From assembly GCF_001194135.2 (NCBI RefSeq), contig NC_068993.1:17456075-17520074 (forward strand): a DNA stretch of 64,000 nucleotides, given 5' to 3'. Shown here piece by piece: positions 36,717-49,975 of the stretch. The translations under genes were made by a program, and so were the position numbers. Numbering within the stretch: position 1 is the stretch's first letter; every line of letters begins with the position of its first letter. The notes beneath the pieces were generated by a model, which was given only the letters and a program-made list of their open reading frames with translations, was not told the DNA's origin and did no database searches. Origin of the DNA: Octopus bimaculoides (Eukaryota).

Positions 36717-37143
36717 NNNNNNNNNNNNNNNNNNNNNNNNNNNNNNNNNNNNNNNNNNNNNNNNNNNNNNNNNNNNNNNNNNNNNNNNNNNNNNNNNNNN
36801 NNNNNNNNNNNNNNNNNNNNNNNNNNNNNNNNNNNNNNNNNNNNNNNNNNNNNNNNNNNNNNNNNNNNNNNNNNNNNNNNNNNNNNNNNNNNNNNNNNNN
36901 NNNNNNNNNNNNNNNNNNNNNNNNNNNNNNNNNNNNNNNNNNNNNNNNNNNNNNNNNNNNNNNNNNNNNNNNNNNNNNNNNNNNNNNNNNNNNNNNNNNN
37001 NNNNNNNNNNNNNNNNNNNNNNNNNNNNNNNNNNNNNNNNNNNNNNNNNNNNNNNNNNNNNNNNNNNNNNNNNNNNNNNNNNNNNNNNNNNNNNNNNNNN
37101 NNNNNNNNNNNNNNNNNNNNNNNNNNNNNNNNNNNNATACATA

Positions 37144-38293
37144 GAGGGGTTGGACAAAATAATGGAAACACATAATAGCATCATAATTTTGAAATATCTA
37201 TAAAACTCAAAAGCTTGTTTATTTTTATGTTTTTTTATTTATTATTAGTGCTACTTAATATGTTTTGCTAAAATTGCTGTTTTTTCCAGATATCATCAGA
37301 TAAGGATAATTAAAATTCATTAAAATTGCAGATCTATCAGACTTTCAAAGAAGTCAAATTGTTGGTGCTTGTATGGCAGGTGCTAGCATAACGAAAACAG
37401 CTGAAATGTTTGGTGTATCAAGAAATAGTCTTGAAAGTGATGACAACCTTTCAGAAAGAGGGAAAAACCTCTTCATCAAAACAAAACTCTGGAAGAAAAC
37501 CAAAATTTTCAGATAGGGACTGTCAGACTCTTACATGAATTGTTAGAAAGGATCACAAAAATACAGCTCCCAAAATTACCGCAGAGCTTAATGACCACCT
37601 CAAGAACACAGTTTCCATAGAAACTGCTCACCAGGAGCTGCACAAAGCTGGATTTCATGGGAGGACTGCAATCAGAAAACCACCACTTTCAAAAACAAAC
37701 ATTGCAAAGTGTTTAGAGTGGATTAAAAACCTACAGAATTGATCCCTAGAACAGTGAAAGAATGTTATTTTCTTGGACATGTTATCCTTTACCTCATTTC
37801 CGACCACTGGCCGAGTGTATATGTGGAGACAGCCGAAAGAAGCATTTGATCCAGACTGCCTTCTTCCAACTGTTAAATATGGAGGAGGATCTGTGATGAT
37901 CTGAGGGACTATATCCTGGAAATCTGCCAGCCCAATGGTTTCCCTTCATGGCAGATTTAATAGTCAAGACTATTTAAGCATTTTGTCTGATCAAATTCAT
38001 CCTATGGTTGTGGAACTGTTTCTGGAGGGCAATGCAATCTTTCAGGATGATAATTCACCAATTCACACAGCTAAAGTTGTTACTGAATGGAGTAAGGAGT
38101 CGATATCCTCCACCGTCATCACTAGAAGAACTGGAGACTGTCTTAGCTGAAGAATGGACAAAAATTCCTTTGGAAACAATTCAAACTTTGTATGAGTCCA
38201 TACCTCGTAGAATTCAAGCTGTAATTACTGCTAAAGGCGGTCCTACCCCATATTGAAATAAATTTGTGTTTCCATTATTTTGTCCAACCCCTG
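37144..38293 (+). mobile_element. Tc1-family DNA transposon, defective (stops, frameshifts, deletion in the catalytic domain)
   Basis: 28-bp TIRs (C/G)AGGGGTTGGACAAAATAATGGAAACAC flanked by TA on both sides. Transposase remnants DLSDFQRSQIVG...SGRKPK...VKYGGGSVMI...IFQDDNSPIHTAKVV...IPRRIQAVITAKGGPTPY*. Confidence 0.92.
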
Positions 38294-38582
38294 TATATAT
38301 ATTCGTGTATATACAATCAGATTCAAGATTCAAAAGAGATTGGTGTTGGTCTCTGCACCAGCAAAACTTGTATTAATTAGTAAAATCAACAAAAAAGTGT
38401 ACCATGAACTTACTGTGGGGAGAGGGAAAAACCCAATGTTTCAATTCCTGAAGTAAAATTTGTGAAGTAAAATTTGTGAAGTAAAATTATGTAGCAACAC
38501 CAAATGGCGGTGCCCCAGCATGGCCACAGCTCATGAGCTGAAACTAGATAAAATGAAAATGAAAAATGAAAATATATATATA

Positions 38583-38690
38583 TGAGGCGGGTGCTGAAAA
38601 GTTCCTGAATTTGAGAGGAGAACATGTTGAATAATATCATAATTAACTGATCCTCCTGTATTTTCTCTTCTCCAAAGCCAGGAACTTTAC
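38583..38690. mobile_element. Short mariner-like MITE (right end runs into a gap)
   Basis: TA|TGAGGCGGGTGCTGAAAAGTTCCTG ... CCAGGAACTTTAC. Same TIR type as 11384-11596. Confidence 0.55.
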
Positions 38691-40325
38691 NNNNNNNNNN
38701 NNNNNNNNNNNNNNNNNNNNNNNNNNNNNNNNNNNNNNNNNNNNNNNNNNNNNNNNNNNNNNNNNNNNNNNNNNNNNNNNNNNNNNNNNNNNNNNNNNNN
38801 NNNNNNNNNNNNNNNNNNNNNNNNNNNNNNNNNNNNNNNNNNNNTATATATATATATATATATATATCTCAGTATAAGATAAATTGTATGAACTATTAGT
38901 AATTATGCAGATTTTATATTAAGTACATACGACTTAGTACAAATATGATGTAGTTTTATTATGAAGAAGGTTTAGTTTTTCTCTTTAATGAACATATATT
39001 TTGTATCAGATGTAAAATTTAATATTATAAAGAAATAGTAACCAGAGAAATGTATTATTAATGTATTATTGGAAAAACATAATCTAAAATGAAGGAGGTG
39101 ATGTGGTGGTGGAGGTTGTTAGTGTAATTATATATCTGTATTTGTATTACTGTTTTCTGGATAAAGAAAACCATTAATATTATAGGTGATAATTAGAAAG
39201 ATTGAGAGAGAAATACTGGCAGGATGTTAAATTAGAAATAAAATTGTACTTGTAAGAACTGTAGAAATGTAAAGCTAGTTCTAATATAATTACAGAGTTA
39301 TAAATTTAAAGTTAAGTTATCTAAAGGTTGAGTCAATAATGGGATAATATGTGTGTGTGTGAATGTGGTGTGTGTGTGTGTGTGTGTGTGTGTGTCATTA
39401 AGTACTATTAGGTGTAATGAAATTATTAGAGTGGTCCCAATTTATATGTGTGTGTGCAGGGATATACATTTATGAATTATTGGGCATATTCTAATATTAT
39501 GTCCTTTGTTCCAACTAAAATAAATAAAAAAGGTAGTTCATTAATTTTTGAAATTTGGTTTCAGGTAGGAGCTAGTGAAGATAGTTGGAAAAGAGGAAAG
39601 ATATAGTCGGGCTGTGGTGAAAGTTTGTTATAGAGGCTATGACTTCATCTCTGTAGCATAGGCAATAAATTTGTCAGGAAACGACAAATTTATTGTCATT
39701 TCGCAGAGACTAAATGACACTAATATTAGAGAAAGTTAAATTTATTATCATTTATTGTATATTGTAGGGAGGTAGGAATAGAATATTATGGTTAACTAAA
39801 TTTTAAAGTATTTACTTCTGATTTTGTTGTAATAGTCAGTATTAGTTGGATAGGAGTTTCTTAACAATAGTCAAAAATCATTAGATATGGATGCATAGTA
39901 TTAATGTTAGAGGAAAGTGGCATGAAGTAGGTAATAAAATTTTGCAATAATGGGTTGTAGAATAAAGAAAAATGTTTAGATTTATAATTTTGATATAGTT
40001 AAGTTCAATGTTGCAGTAAACAAAAGTTTTAGTTAGTACAATGAGAGATTATATAAAATATCAAGTATGAAAGTTTGATTTGTAGAATGAGATGGAATAA
40101 GATGTTAATATGATAAAGGGTCATGAGTTGGAACTAGTAGGTGGTGAATGTGGAGGTATTATGTAAAATATTTACTTGTTAGAGTTGTTCAAGAGTTTGA
40201 AATTTCAGGAAGTTTCAAAAATTTTAAATAATCTCTGTGGGTAAGAGAAAATGCATTCAAAGTGATGTTTAAGGAGTGTATCCAAGAGGATATCCAAACT
40301 TACCTATGTGCATAGTTGATGTAGT

Positions 40326-40742
40326 TACTCTTTTTACTCTTTTACTCTTTTACTTGTTTCAGTCTTTTGACTGTGGCCATGCTGGAGCACCGCCTTTAGT
40401 CGAGCAAATCAATTCCAGGACTTATTCTTTAGAAGCCTAGTACTTATTCTATCGGTATCTTTTGCCGAACCGCTAAGTTACGGGGACATAAACACACCAG
40501 CATCGGTTGTCAAGCGATATTGGGGGGACAAATACAGACACACAAACACATACACACATACATATATATATACATATATACGACGGGCTTCTTTCAGTTT
40601 CCGTCTACCAAATCCACTCACAAGGCTTTGGTCGGCCCAAGGCTATAGTAGAAGACACTTGCCCAAGATGCCACGCAGTGGGACTGAACCCGGGACCATG
40701 TGGTTGGTAAGCAAGCTACTTACCACACACACAGCCACTCCT
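40326..40742 (-). mobile_element. Full-length tRNA-derived SINE (9030 family)
   Basis: Reverse complement aligns with 9030-9424. Confidence 0.85.
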
Positions 40743-40984
40743 ACGCCTCTTTATTTCTAATTTAAAATTTGAGGGAGAAGAATAGCTTTTTTTATGATGT
40801 CAAGTTATTATTAGTAATATTTTTCATTTAATGAGTTTAAATGATGTTTTGAAGTTACATATTGCTTCTATTATGATTATGAAAAGCCTGAGAATGTTGG
40901 TTGTATCATATTTTGAAAGGATTCTCTCTAAGGTCACTGTATAGCATTAATGAATCATTAGATACTTTAGTAGCTTTGAATACA

Positions 40985-41844
40985 ATATCTTGAAGGGAAC
41001 TGGCAGAGAAAATGGAATGCTCCCACACTGCTATAGAGAAGTATCTTCACTTGATGGGAAAGGTTCAGAAGTATGGAGCATGGGTTCCACATGCTTTAAG
41101 TGACAACAAAAACCAATGAGCCACAATCTCCACTGGTTTGCTTGCTCATCACCATTGAATTCATAGACACAAGCAACGATTTCTTTACAGAATTGTTATT
41201 GGCGACGAAAAATGGTGCCTGTACATCAATATGAAGCAGCTTAAGAAATGGCTTAACCCCGGTAAACAAATGACACTGCGTGTGAAACAAGATTTTCATC
41301 CGCGTAAAACGATGTTGTGCGTATGGTGGGACTGGGAAGAGATTATCCATTACAAATTGCTTGAACAGAACCAAACGGTCAATGTAGAACTCTATGTTCA
41401 ACAGATGGAATGACTCAACATGGCTATTCCAGAGAAAAGACCTAATCAGCAGCATGGAGTTCTGCTGCACAACAATGCCCGCCCTCATATCGCCAATATG
41501 ACAAAGGAAGCCATTCAAATGCATGGCTGGGAAGTGCTGTCACACCTGCCATACTCTCCTGATTTGACACCAACAGATTTCCACCTCTTTCAATCTCTTT
41601 CAAATGCTATGCACGGAGTTTCGTTCAGTACTGATGTAGAATCGAGAGCTTGGTTGGATCAATTTTGCGAGTCAAAATCGGGTGATTTTTACCAACGAGG
41701 TATTGAAAATCTTGTTGAACATTGGGAAGAAGTTGTAAACAACAAGGGTGAATACATCATTGATTAATTAGTTGTTATTTTTTATTAAACCTTTAAAAAA
41801 ATTAAAATTTAAAAAAAACAGCGGGGACTTAGTTGCCAACCCAA
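40985..41844 (+). mobile_element. mariner (DD34D) transposon remnant, 5'-truncated, with in-frame stops
   Basis: WVPHAL, GDEKW, HNNARPH and PYSPDLTPTDFHLF motifs. Right TIR GCGGGGACTTAGTTGCCAACCCAA|TA. No left TIR found. Confidence 0.9.
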
Positions 41845-43477
41845 TAGATAGATAAATATATGTATGTGCTCCTTTGTGTATATTAGTGCTCACCCCTATA
41901 CATTATTACAGCTATTGTCTTACAATAGTTAATATTTAAACAAAATAAAACTGAGATATAAAAATACAATACAACTGTTTAAATAAAACTATTGTTTTTT
42001 ATAAAAATAATACTTCATTTTTGGTTAATTAAAGACATACTCACAAATGCTTAATGAAAATATATTTTGACAATTTAGATGTTATACTTTGAAAGTACAC
42101 ATTCTTTTCCATGTTTTGAAGAATATTATTTTTGATGGATTGACACTATAATTATATTGAAATGAAAGATTACTTCTGATTTATTTCTTCAATATCAATA
42201 AATAATAATAATAATGATAATAATATGATGTAACATCACACTGAAATATTTTCAGAACTACAAATTGATGTTATATATTTTAGAAATGCACACACATGCG
42301 TGCATGCACACACACACATGCGTGCATGCACACACACACACATATACATGTTATCAACGCACGCATGCATGCGCATACTCTCTCTCTTACTTTCTCCTTT
42401 TCTCTTTTTGTCCCTCTCTCTCTTTCTCTTTTGACTTTGTCTTTCTTTCTGTCTGTCTCTCTACCCCCACCTCTACCCTCAGTACCCATCTCTATCTCTT
42501 TTCCTATCCTTTTCTCTGTATATCTGTAACTGTATCTGTCCTTTCATTCTCTGTATCTATTTATCACTAGGATGTCTGAAATTTCTACCCTTACCCTCTT
42601 TCATTTGTAGCATTGCTCTTCTTCTCATACCTATCTCACATATACACACCTGATTGTATGTATAAATATATATAATATATATATATATATGTATAAATAT
42701 NNNNNNNNNNNNNNNNNNNNNNNNNNNNNNNNNNNNNNNNNNNNNNNNNNNNNNNNNNNNNNNNNNNNNNNNNNNNNNNNNNNNNNNNNNNNNNNNNNNN
42801 NNNNNNNNNNNNNNNNNNNNNNNNNNNNNNNNNNNNNNNNNNNNNNNNNNNNNNNNNNNNNNNNNNNNNNNNNNNNNNNNNNNNNNNNNNNNNNNNNNNN
42901 NNNNNNNNNNNNNNNNNNNNNNNNNNNNNNNNNNNNNNNNNNNNNNNNNNNNNNNNNNNNNNNNNNNNNNNNNNNNNNNNNNNNNNNNNNNNNNNNNNNN
43001 NNNNNNNNNNNNNNNNNNNNNNNNNNNNNNNNNNNNNNNNNNNNNNNNNNNNNNNNNNNNNNNNNNNNNNNNNNNNNNNNNNNNNNNNNNNNNNNNNNNN
43101 NNNNNNNNNNNNNNNNNNNNNNNNNNNNNNNNNNNNNNNNNNNNNNNNNNNNNNNNNNNNNNNNNNNNNNNNNNNNNNNNNNNNNNNNNNNNNNNNNNNN
43201 NNNNNNNNNNNNNNNNNNNNNNNNNNNNNNNNNNNNNNNNNNNNNNNNNNNNNNNNNNNNNNNNNNNNNNNNNNNNNNNNNNNNNNNNNNNNNNNNNNNN
43301 NNNNNNNNNNNNNNNNNNNNNNNNNNNNNNNNNNNNNNNNNNNNNNNNNNNNNNNNNNATCATCATCGTTTAATGTCCGCTTTCCATGCTAGCATGGGTT
43401 GGACGATTTGACTGAGGACTGGTGAAACCAGATGGCTACACCAGGCTCCAATCTGATTTGGCAGAGTTTCTACAGCT

Positions 43478-43511
<34 letters not shown>

Positions 43512-45520
43512 TAATGAATTGTATTGTGTAGTGATACACGTGAGGCTGAAAAAGTAATTAAAAAGATCACGAAGAGGAAAATGACCATACAACTATCTTA
43601 CGGTTACTTACCATATCAAACTATAAAAGAACAAAATGCAAAGAAAATTTAGATATGATTTGAACCTTGTTACACGAGGCAGCGCACTATATTCCATTTA
43701 TAAGCATTTAATCTGGTTCTCCTTTACATAGCTTTTCCCTCTTTCAACAAAATCCTTATCACTGAGTAACTCATTATATAACTATCTTTCTATAAATATT
43801 TAGATACAAATGCTACTGATTGTGTTCAACAATACAACTCTCACATACGAAAACAATAAGTACTTTTGAAACAAAGCTGGAGTCTTTTCATTTCTTCTCG
43901 CTTATTAACCATTATTTATTATGGTGTATAGGATAGCACTAGGATTCATTACACTCACACATGTTTAAATATTGTATATAGTATAGTTGTTGGCAGCACT
44001 GATCGGGTGCACCTTTGATCAGAGATTTTCCAACTGCAACTATCCCATCTTTCAAAGATGTACATAAGACTGATTATGTACTTCTGTTTCCCAAGAAATT
44101 AAGATGTAATTTGAAGGAGTTACAGCTATTTCTAGTGACCATGTTTAGGTTCCATTATTAGTTTATAAAATATAAAGATTTTTAAGGAAGAAATGAAATG
44201 AAGAATGTGATATCCGTGTTCTTTGTTATATCTGTGGTCTTCCTAACCAACCTTGCCTGGACTTGTGCCTCTTGGAGAACTTTCTAGGTGCATTCCCATG
44301 GTCTTTATTCTTTACCTTTTATATCTGAATTAAAATATGAAATTGAAGAATCAAGTTGGAAGCAATATAAAAATCTATGGGTAATGGATTTTTCGGGTTA
44401 GTGAACAAGATCTCTAACTCTTCTAACTGAACTTATTTTGAGGCTCACTTATTATTCAGTCGGCAAGCAAGTTCCTGCCTTTTAGCTACAAAATATCAAG
44501 CAAGTGATTCTAATCTATGGAAGTTTAGTGTAATTAATGTTTAGTTTAAACTGTGAAAGGTTTGTGGTAGAAATGTAGAAATGGTAATGTGATAGACAAA
44601 ACAACTTCATCATCATTATCATCACCATTTAATATCTATTTTCTTTGCTGGTTTGGGTTGAATGGTTCAACAGGAGCTGGTGAACAGGAGGACTGTGCCA
44701 AGCTCCAATGTCTGCTTTGGTATGGTTTCTACAGCCAGGTGCCCTTCCTAATGCCAATCACTTTACTGGATGCTTTTTATGCTGGCACCAGCACCAATGA
44801 AGTCACCAATTAACTTGTAAGACAAGTACCCCCAAACTGTGGTAGATTTTAGCATTGGAGGAAAAGTCTTTATGCCAGATGATGAGAGTTTAAAGTATGA
44901 TAGAGGTACAAGAACAGGTGTCTTGCTGTTAGGGGAGATACATGGTTCCCCAACTGAAAGAGAAAGAAGATAGTGGTGGGGATGTGTCAGGGCATACCCT
45001 TGAGTTACAGGAAGGGTACAGTTAAGAGAAATGGTACAGCGGATTGAACAGGGTGAGTGGGTAGGTAAGTTTAAGTGAGTATGGAAGGATAGTTATTTGT
45101 GGTATGTAAATGATGGCTCTTTTCATTTTGAGTTCAAATCTTGCCAAAGTTGACTTAATATTTCATTTTTTGGGGGGTGGAGGGCAATAAGATAAATATC
45201 AATAATATATCAAGATTAATTAACAAATTAAATAATGCCCCCTATTCCTCCACATATAAAAAAAAAACAGATTTCTGGTCATGTGCCAATTTTGAAGTCA
45301 ACATTCAATTTGGAATGTGGAAGGAGGTTAGTGATTAGAAAGAAAACATGAACAAGGAGCAAATTCTAACTTGTGGATTGGATAAATATATAATTTAAAT
45401 TACTGATGTGTTAAATTACTTGCTGTTTCCAGGAAGGGTAATTTTCCCCTTAATCAGAAATGTGTTTCACAGAAGATTAGTTTACAAGCATCAAGTGATG
45501 CCAATACACAAGCAAACACA

Positions 45521-45560
<40 letters not shown>

Positions 45561-45566
45561 CATGCA

Positions 45567-47061
45567 CACACATGACAAGCTTCTTTCAGTTTTTGTATAC
45601 AAAATCTCCTCACAAAGTTTCTGTTGACTCAGGGCTATAGTAAAAGACATTCGCCCAAAGTACTGTACAATGAAACTGAACCCAAGACTGCATGGTTGGG
45701 AAGCAAACTTCTTAACCACATAGCCACACAAGAGCACTCTGTTGGTTACGAGGATGAGGGTCCCAGCTGATACGATCAATGGAACAGCTTGCTCATGAAA
45801 TCAATGTGTAAGTGGCTGAGCACTCCACAGACATGGGTATCCTTAATGTAGTTCTCAGGGAGATTCAGCATGACACAGAGTGTGACAAGGCTGGCCCATT
45901 GAAATACTGGTACTACTCATTTTTGCCAGCTGAGTGGACTGGAGCAACGTGAAATAAAGTGTCTTGCTCAAGGACACAACATCGCCAGGAATTGAACTTA
46001 TGACCTTATGATTGTGAGCCAAATGCCCTAATCAGTAGGCCACGCACCTTCACAATAGCCACACATGTGTCTATTATAGTAATCATCATCATCATTTAAC
46101 GTCTGTTTTCTATGAAGACATGGGTTGGATGTCCATGCTCCACTTGTCTGTTTTGGCATGTTTTCTGTGACTGGATGCCCATCCTAATGCCAACCAGTTT
46201 AGACAGTGTTTTAATCTCCTAGATTGATTGCCTTCACTGCAGCTGAAGAGCTCAATCTAATCTTAGAAAAATGTATTTAACTCATAGATGGGACCCTGAC
46301 AAGTATTACTGTTCCAGGGCAGAACAGGCCTGGGAACAACGGTAATTAAGGGATGATTTCACACTTCCTGCAACTCCAGAACTTCCAAACTGGAGCCTCA
46401 CCACCAGACGCAGTTTAATGTCATACCGTCATACCTAGGGCAAACCTTTTGATGATAGGTTTACTCAATCAAAGCTGACTTGAAGCCAAACAACAACAAT
46501 TCACAACATTATTAATCTTATGCTCNNNNNNNNNNNNNNNNNNNNNNNNNNNNNNNNNNNNNNNNNNNNNNNNNNNNNNNNNNNNNNNNNNNNNNNNNNN
46601 NNNNNNNNNNNNNNNNNNNNNNNNNNNNNNNNNNNNNNNNNNNNNNNNNNNNNNNNNNNNNNNNNNNNNNNNNNNNNNNNNNNNNNNNNNNNNNNNNNNN
46701 NNNNNNNNNNNNNNNNNNNNNNNNNNNNNNNNNNNNNNNNNNNNNNNNNNNNNNNNNNNNNNNNNNNNNNNNNNNNNNNNNNNNNNNNNNNNNNNNNNNN
46801 NNNNNNNNNNNNNNNNNNNNNNNNNNNNNNNNNNNNNNNNNNNNNNNNNNNNNNNNNNNNNNNNNNNNNNNNNNNNNNNNNNNNNNNNNNNNNNNNNNNN
46901 NNNNNNNNNNNNNNNNNNNNNNNNNNNNNNNNNNNNNNNNNNNNNNNNNNNNNNNNNNNNNNNNNNNNNNNNNNNNNNNNNNNNNNNNNNNNNNNNNNNN
47001 NNNNNNNNNNNNNNNNNNNNNNNNNNNNNNNNNNNNNNNNNNNNNNNNNNNNNNNNNNNNN

Positions 47062-47106
<45 letters not shown>

Positions 47107-47227
47107 ACAAGCTTCTTTCAGTTTTTGTATACAAAATCTCCTCACAAAGCTTCAGTTGGCTCAGGGCTATAGTAAAAGACATTTGCCCAAAGTACTGTAC
47201 AATGAAACTGAACCCAAGACTGCATGG
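45567..47227 (+). repeat. Local direct duplication of a SINE fragment (45567-45695 and 47101-47227, 4 differences in ~125 bp)
   Basis: Both copies share private variants (TTTTTGTATACAAAATCTCCTCAC, AAGTACTGTACAATGAAACTG) that are absent from other family members in the window. Confidence 0.8.
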
Positions 47228-49312
47228 GTGCTTTTTTATGTGTCGCTTGGTCAGGTGCTTTATATGTGGAACCAGCATGGGTGCTTACTATGTAGCACTG
47301 TTACAGGAGCTTTTTACATGGCTCCGAATGTGTGCTTTTCTATGTGGCACCAACACAGGTCCAGTAAATAAATAATTATATTTCTCTGCAATCAATTAAT
47401 GAGTTTGTTTTCTACCCTTTTTCTTTTCAGCTTTCTCCAGTTGCATATAAGCCATTTGTGCTTAAGAACATTCAGCAGGTGACAAAAAACAGCTTTTGCT
47501 ACCGCTTCTGTGCACCCACTGAGCATCCTCTTAATATTAATCTGGGGCAGCATGTTATTCTCAGGTATCTTTAAATTACTATTTTATCATTACCTTTTAC
47601 ACACAAAGTTTAATGAAAGAAATATTTGTTTTATTATTTTTTTTTCTAAAATATATTGAAGAACTTTTCTTCATAGATATTTCTTGTTATTTTTTAGTTC
47701 CAGGTGGAAGGGAGAGGGGCTGTCTCCATAGTTAAAAAAAAAACCCCTCTAGACAAAATGATAAAAATAATTGATTGAGTTTAGTGTAATCAATATTCAC
47801 TTTGAAGTGTGTAACTGGAGGGAAAACATGAGTAAGGAAGAAATTTTAGAAATCTGTTCAGAAATAAAAACAAGAGCAATAGCAGTATTAATATTACCTC
47901 TTATATAAGCACAGGGCCAAGAATTTAGGAGAAGGGGAGAATCAATAAGTCCAGCCTCAGTATATTGATCATGGCAGCACAAAAGGCAAAGTTTGGTGAA
48001 TAGGAAGGGCATGTAGTCATTGAAAAATATTTGCCCCACTGAATTCCATCTGACCCATGCAAGCATGGAGATGTGGACATTAAAAACAATGATGATGATG
48101 ATGATGATGGTAGTGATAAATGTTAATTTTACCTAACTGCATGTTCTTCATGAAGAAGATGACCCCGGGAAATTTAAGCTGTCATTATTGAATATAAACA
48201 TGGTCTAAAATTAAGTGTTTTTCTAGCTAGGAATAGCAAAGATGTATGGAAAAAGCTGTCATAGAATCCAAGTGTCTTTCAAAGAAAAAAAACAAAACAT
48301 TATTGATAGAAAGCCAATCCACTTCCATCAAAATATATCAGAACTGATGCATGTTTTTTTTTTTAAGTATTCTTCAGAGAATTTTGAATGACTGTTTTAA
48401 TGATAGGACTTTCCTCTACTTCTCTTTCTGGTAAAGATGTAAGAATGTTCTTCCCATCTATTTACAACTGATACATTCAAATGTCACATAAACCACCTGC
48501 TATTTTTTGTGATTTATATATTTCCTTTGTCTCAGCTGTCAACACTAGAAATTAATGTGATTTGAAATGAATTGAATTCGTATTTATTATATCTTCACAT
48601 CTTACCATTTAACAAATCTTGATGTTCAACATTTGTGAAATATCTAATTTTATTATTGTACTTTGCAATACTATTTGATTATCATAGTTAGCTGTTGAAT
48701 TTACTCATTATACTTAACTAATGCAATTAATGAATTTGACTATCAGCTATACAATAAATATACTTAATGACTTTACTTCAAAATTGTATGCATTTTTGTT
48801 TCTACTGAAGCATTTTCATAACTACATACTATTTAGAAATGTATTCACTTGTAAATGCAATAAATCCTTAGAATAGAAAATAAACTCTCTGCAAACTAAG
48901 TNNNNNNNNNNNNNNNNNNNNNNNNNNNNNNNNNNNNNNNNNNNNNNNNNNNNNNNNNNNNNNNNNNNNNNNNNNNNNNNNNNNNNNNNNNNNNNNNNNN
49001 NNNNNCATAAGATTAATAATGTTGTGAATTGTTGTTGTTTGGCTTCAAGTCAGCTTTGATTGAGTAAACCTATCATCAAAAGGTTTGCCCTAGGTATGAC
49101 GGTATGACATTAAACTGCGTCTGGTGGTGAGGCTCCAGTTTGGAAGTTCTGGAGTTGCAGGAAGTGTGAAATCATCCCTTAATTACCGTTGTTCCCAGGC
49201 CTGTTCTGCCCTGGAACAGTAATACTTGTCAGGGTCCCATCTATGAGTTAAATACATTTTTCTAAGATTAGATTGAGCTCTTTAGCTGCAGTGAAGGCAA
49301 TCAATCTAGGAG
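46216..49312. repeat. 307-bp almost identical inverted repeat (46216-46522 and 49006-49312) bracketing CYB5RL exon 2
   Basis: 49006-49312 is the reverse complement of 46216-46522 with one visible difference (GCTGAAGAGC vs GCTAAAGAGC). Each inner end abuts an N gap. Confidence 0.9.
47431..47564 (+). CDS. CYB5RL: NADH-cytochrome b5 reductase-like, coding exon 2 (start of FAD-binding domain)
   Basis: TTTTTCTTTTCAG| LSPVAYKPFVLKNIQQVTKNSFCYRFCAPTEHPLNINLGQHVIL(R) |GTATCT. Phase 0 in, phase 2 out. Matches the L.P..F..F......T.....RF.LP....L....GQH.ILR pattern. Not present in the ORF track. Confidence 0.92.
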
Positions 49313-49789
49313 AAGGAAATCACCAAAATTAATAACCCTTTCTAACATACTCCAAGCCAGCACAAAAGAGTATGGCTGATAAAATCAACTCGAGATCTGT
49401 CTAGCAACTCAGATTGATATTATGGAGACAACTATGAGCTCCTGTTAATGTGCATTTTACCACATGCAGAGATAGTAGGGAACGATGATGATCAACATCA
49501 AAGGTGTTCCAGTCATGACCAGCACAAAGGCTGTTTGTATATCTAGGACTGTAGCTGTTCAGCATGTCCTTTCATTTTTTAAATAGAAGGATGTGATTTT
49601 GAGGGAGATTTGCCTGCTATTACTTGCAGACTTAGCAGCTGCATATGGGTGGCATTACTGCATTGGACATATAGTTGAGGTAATAAATATTAAGATTAAT
49701 GGTCAAAGGTTTAAATGGCCCAACTGACCATGGATTTCAGATATTATAGACGCTTGGTCTTAATACTAACCAAAAAAGAATTTAGTTAG

Positions 49790-49975
49790 AATTCTGACCA
49801 TGAGTTAGCATGCCAGTGGAAAGGATCACAAGACAGATTCTTCAAGCTGAGTCAACTGGCAGGAGACCTAGGAATAGACTACAAGTGAAATGGTTGGACA
49901 ATATCCATTGTCTCAGTTGGTTACACTTGGGAGTCCAGCTGGAAAGTGTAATGATGGTGCTTTTTGATAGAATCC
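49790..49975 (+). mobile_element. 3' end fragment of an RTE-type LINE
   Basis: ERITRQILQAESTGRRPRNRLQVKWLDNIH, same family as 34595-34990. Confidence 0.6.

Noticed and set aside
38900-40310. Strand-biased AT-rich stretch with faint minus-strand LINE-like words (FIAYATE, LGYTP)
   Set aside because: Too degraded, and the motif order is not convincingly collinear, so no element is called.
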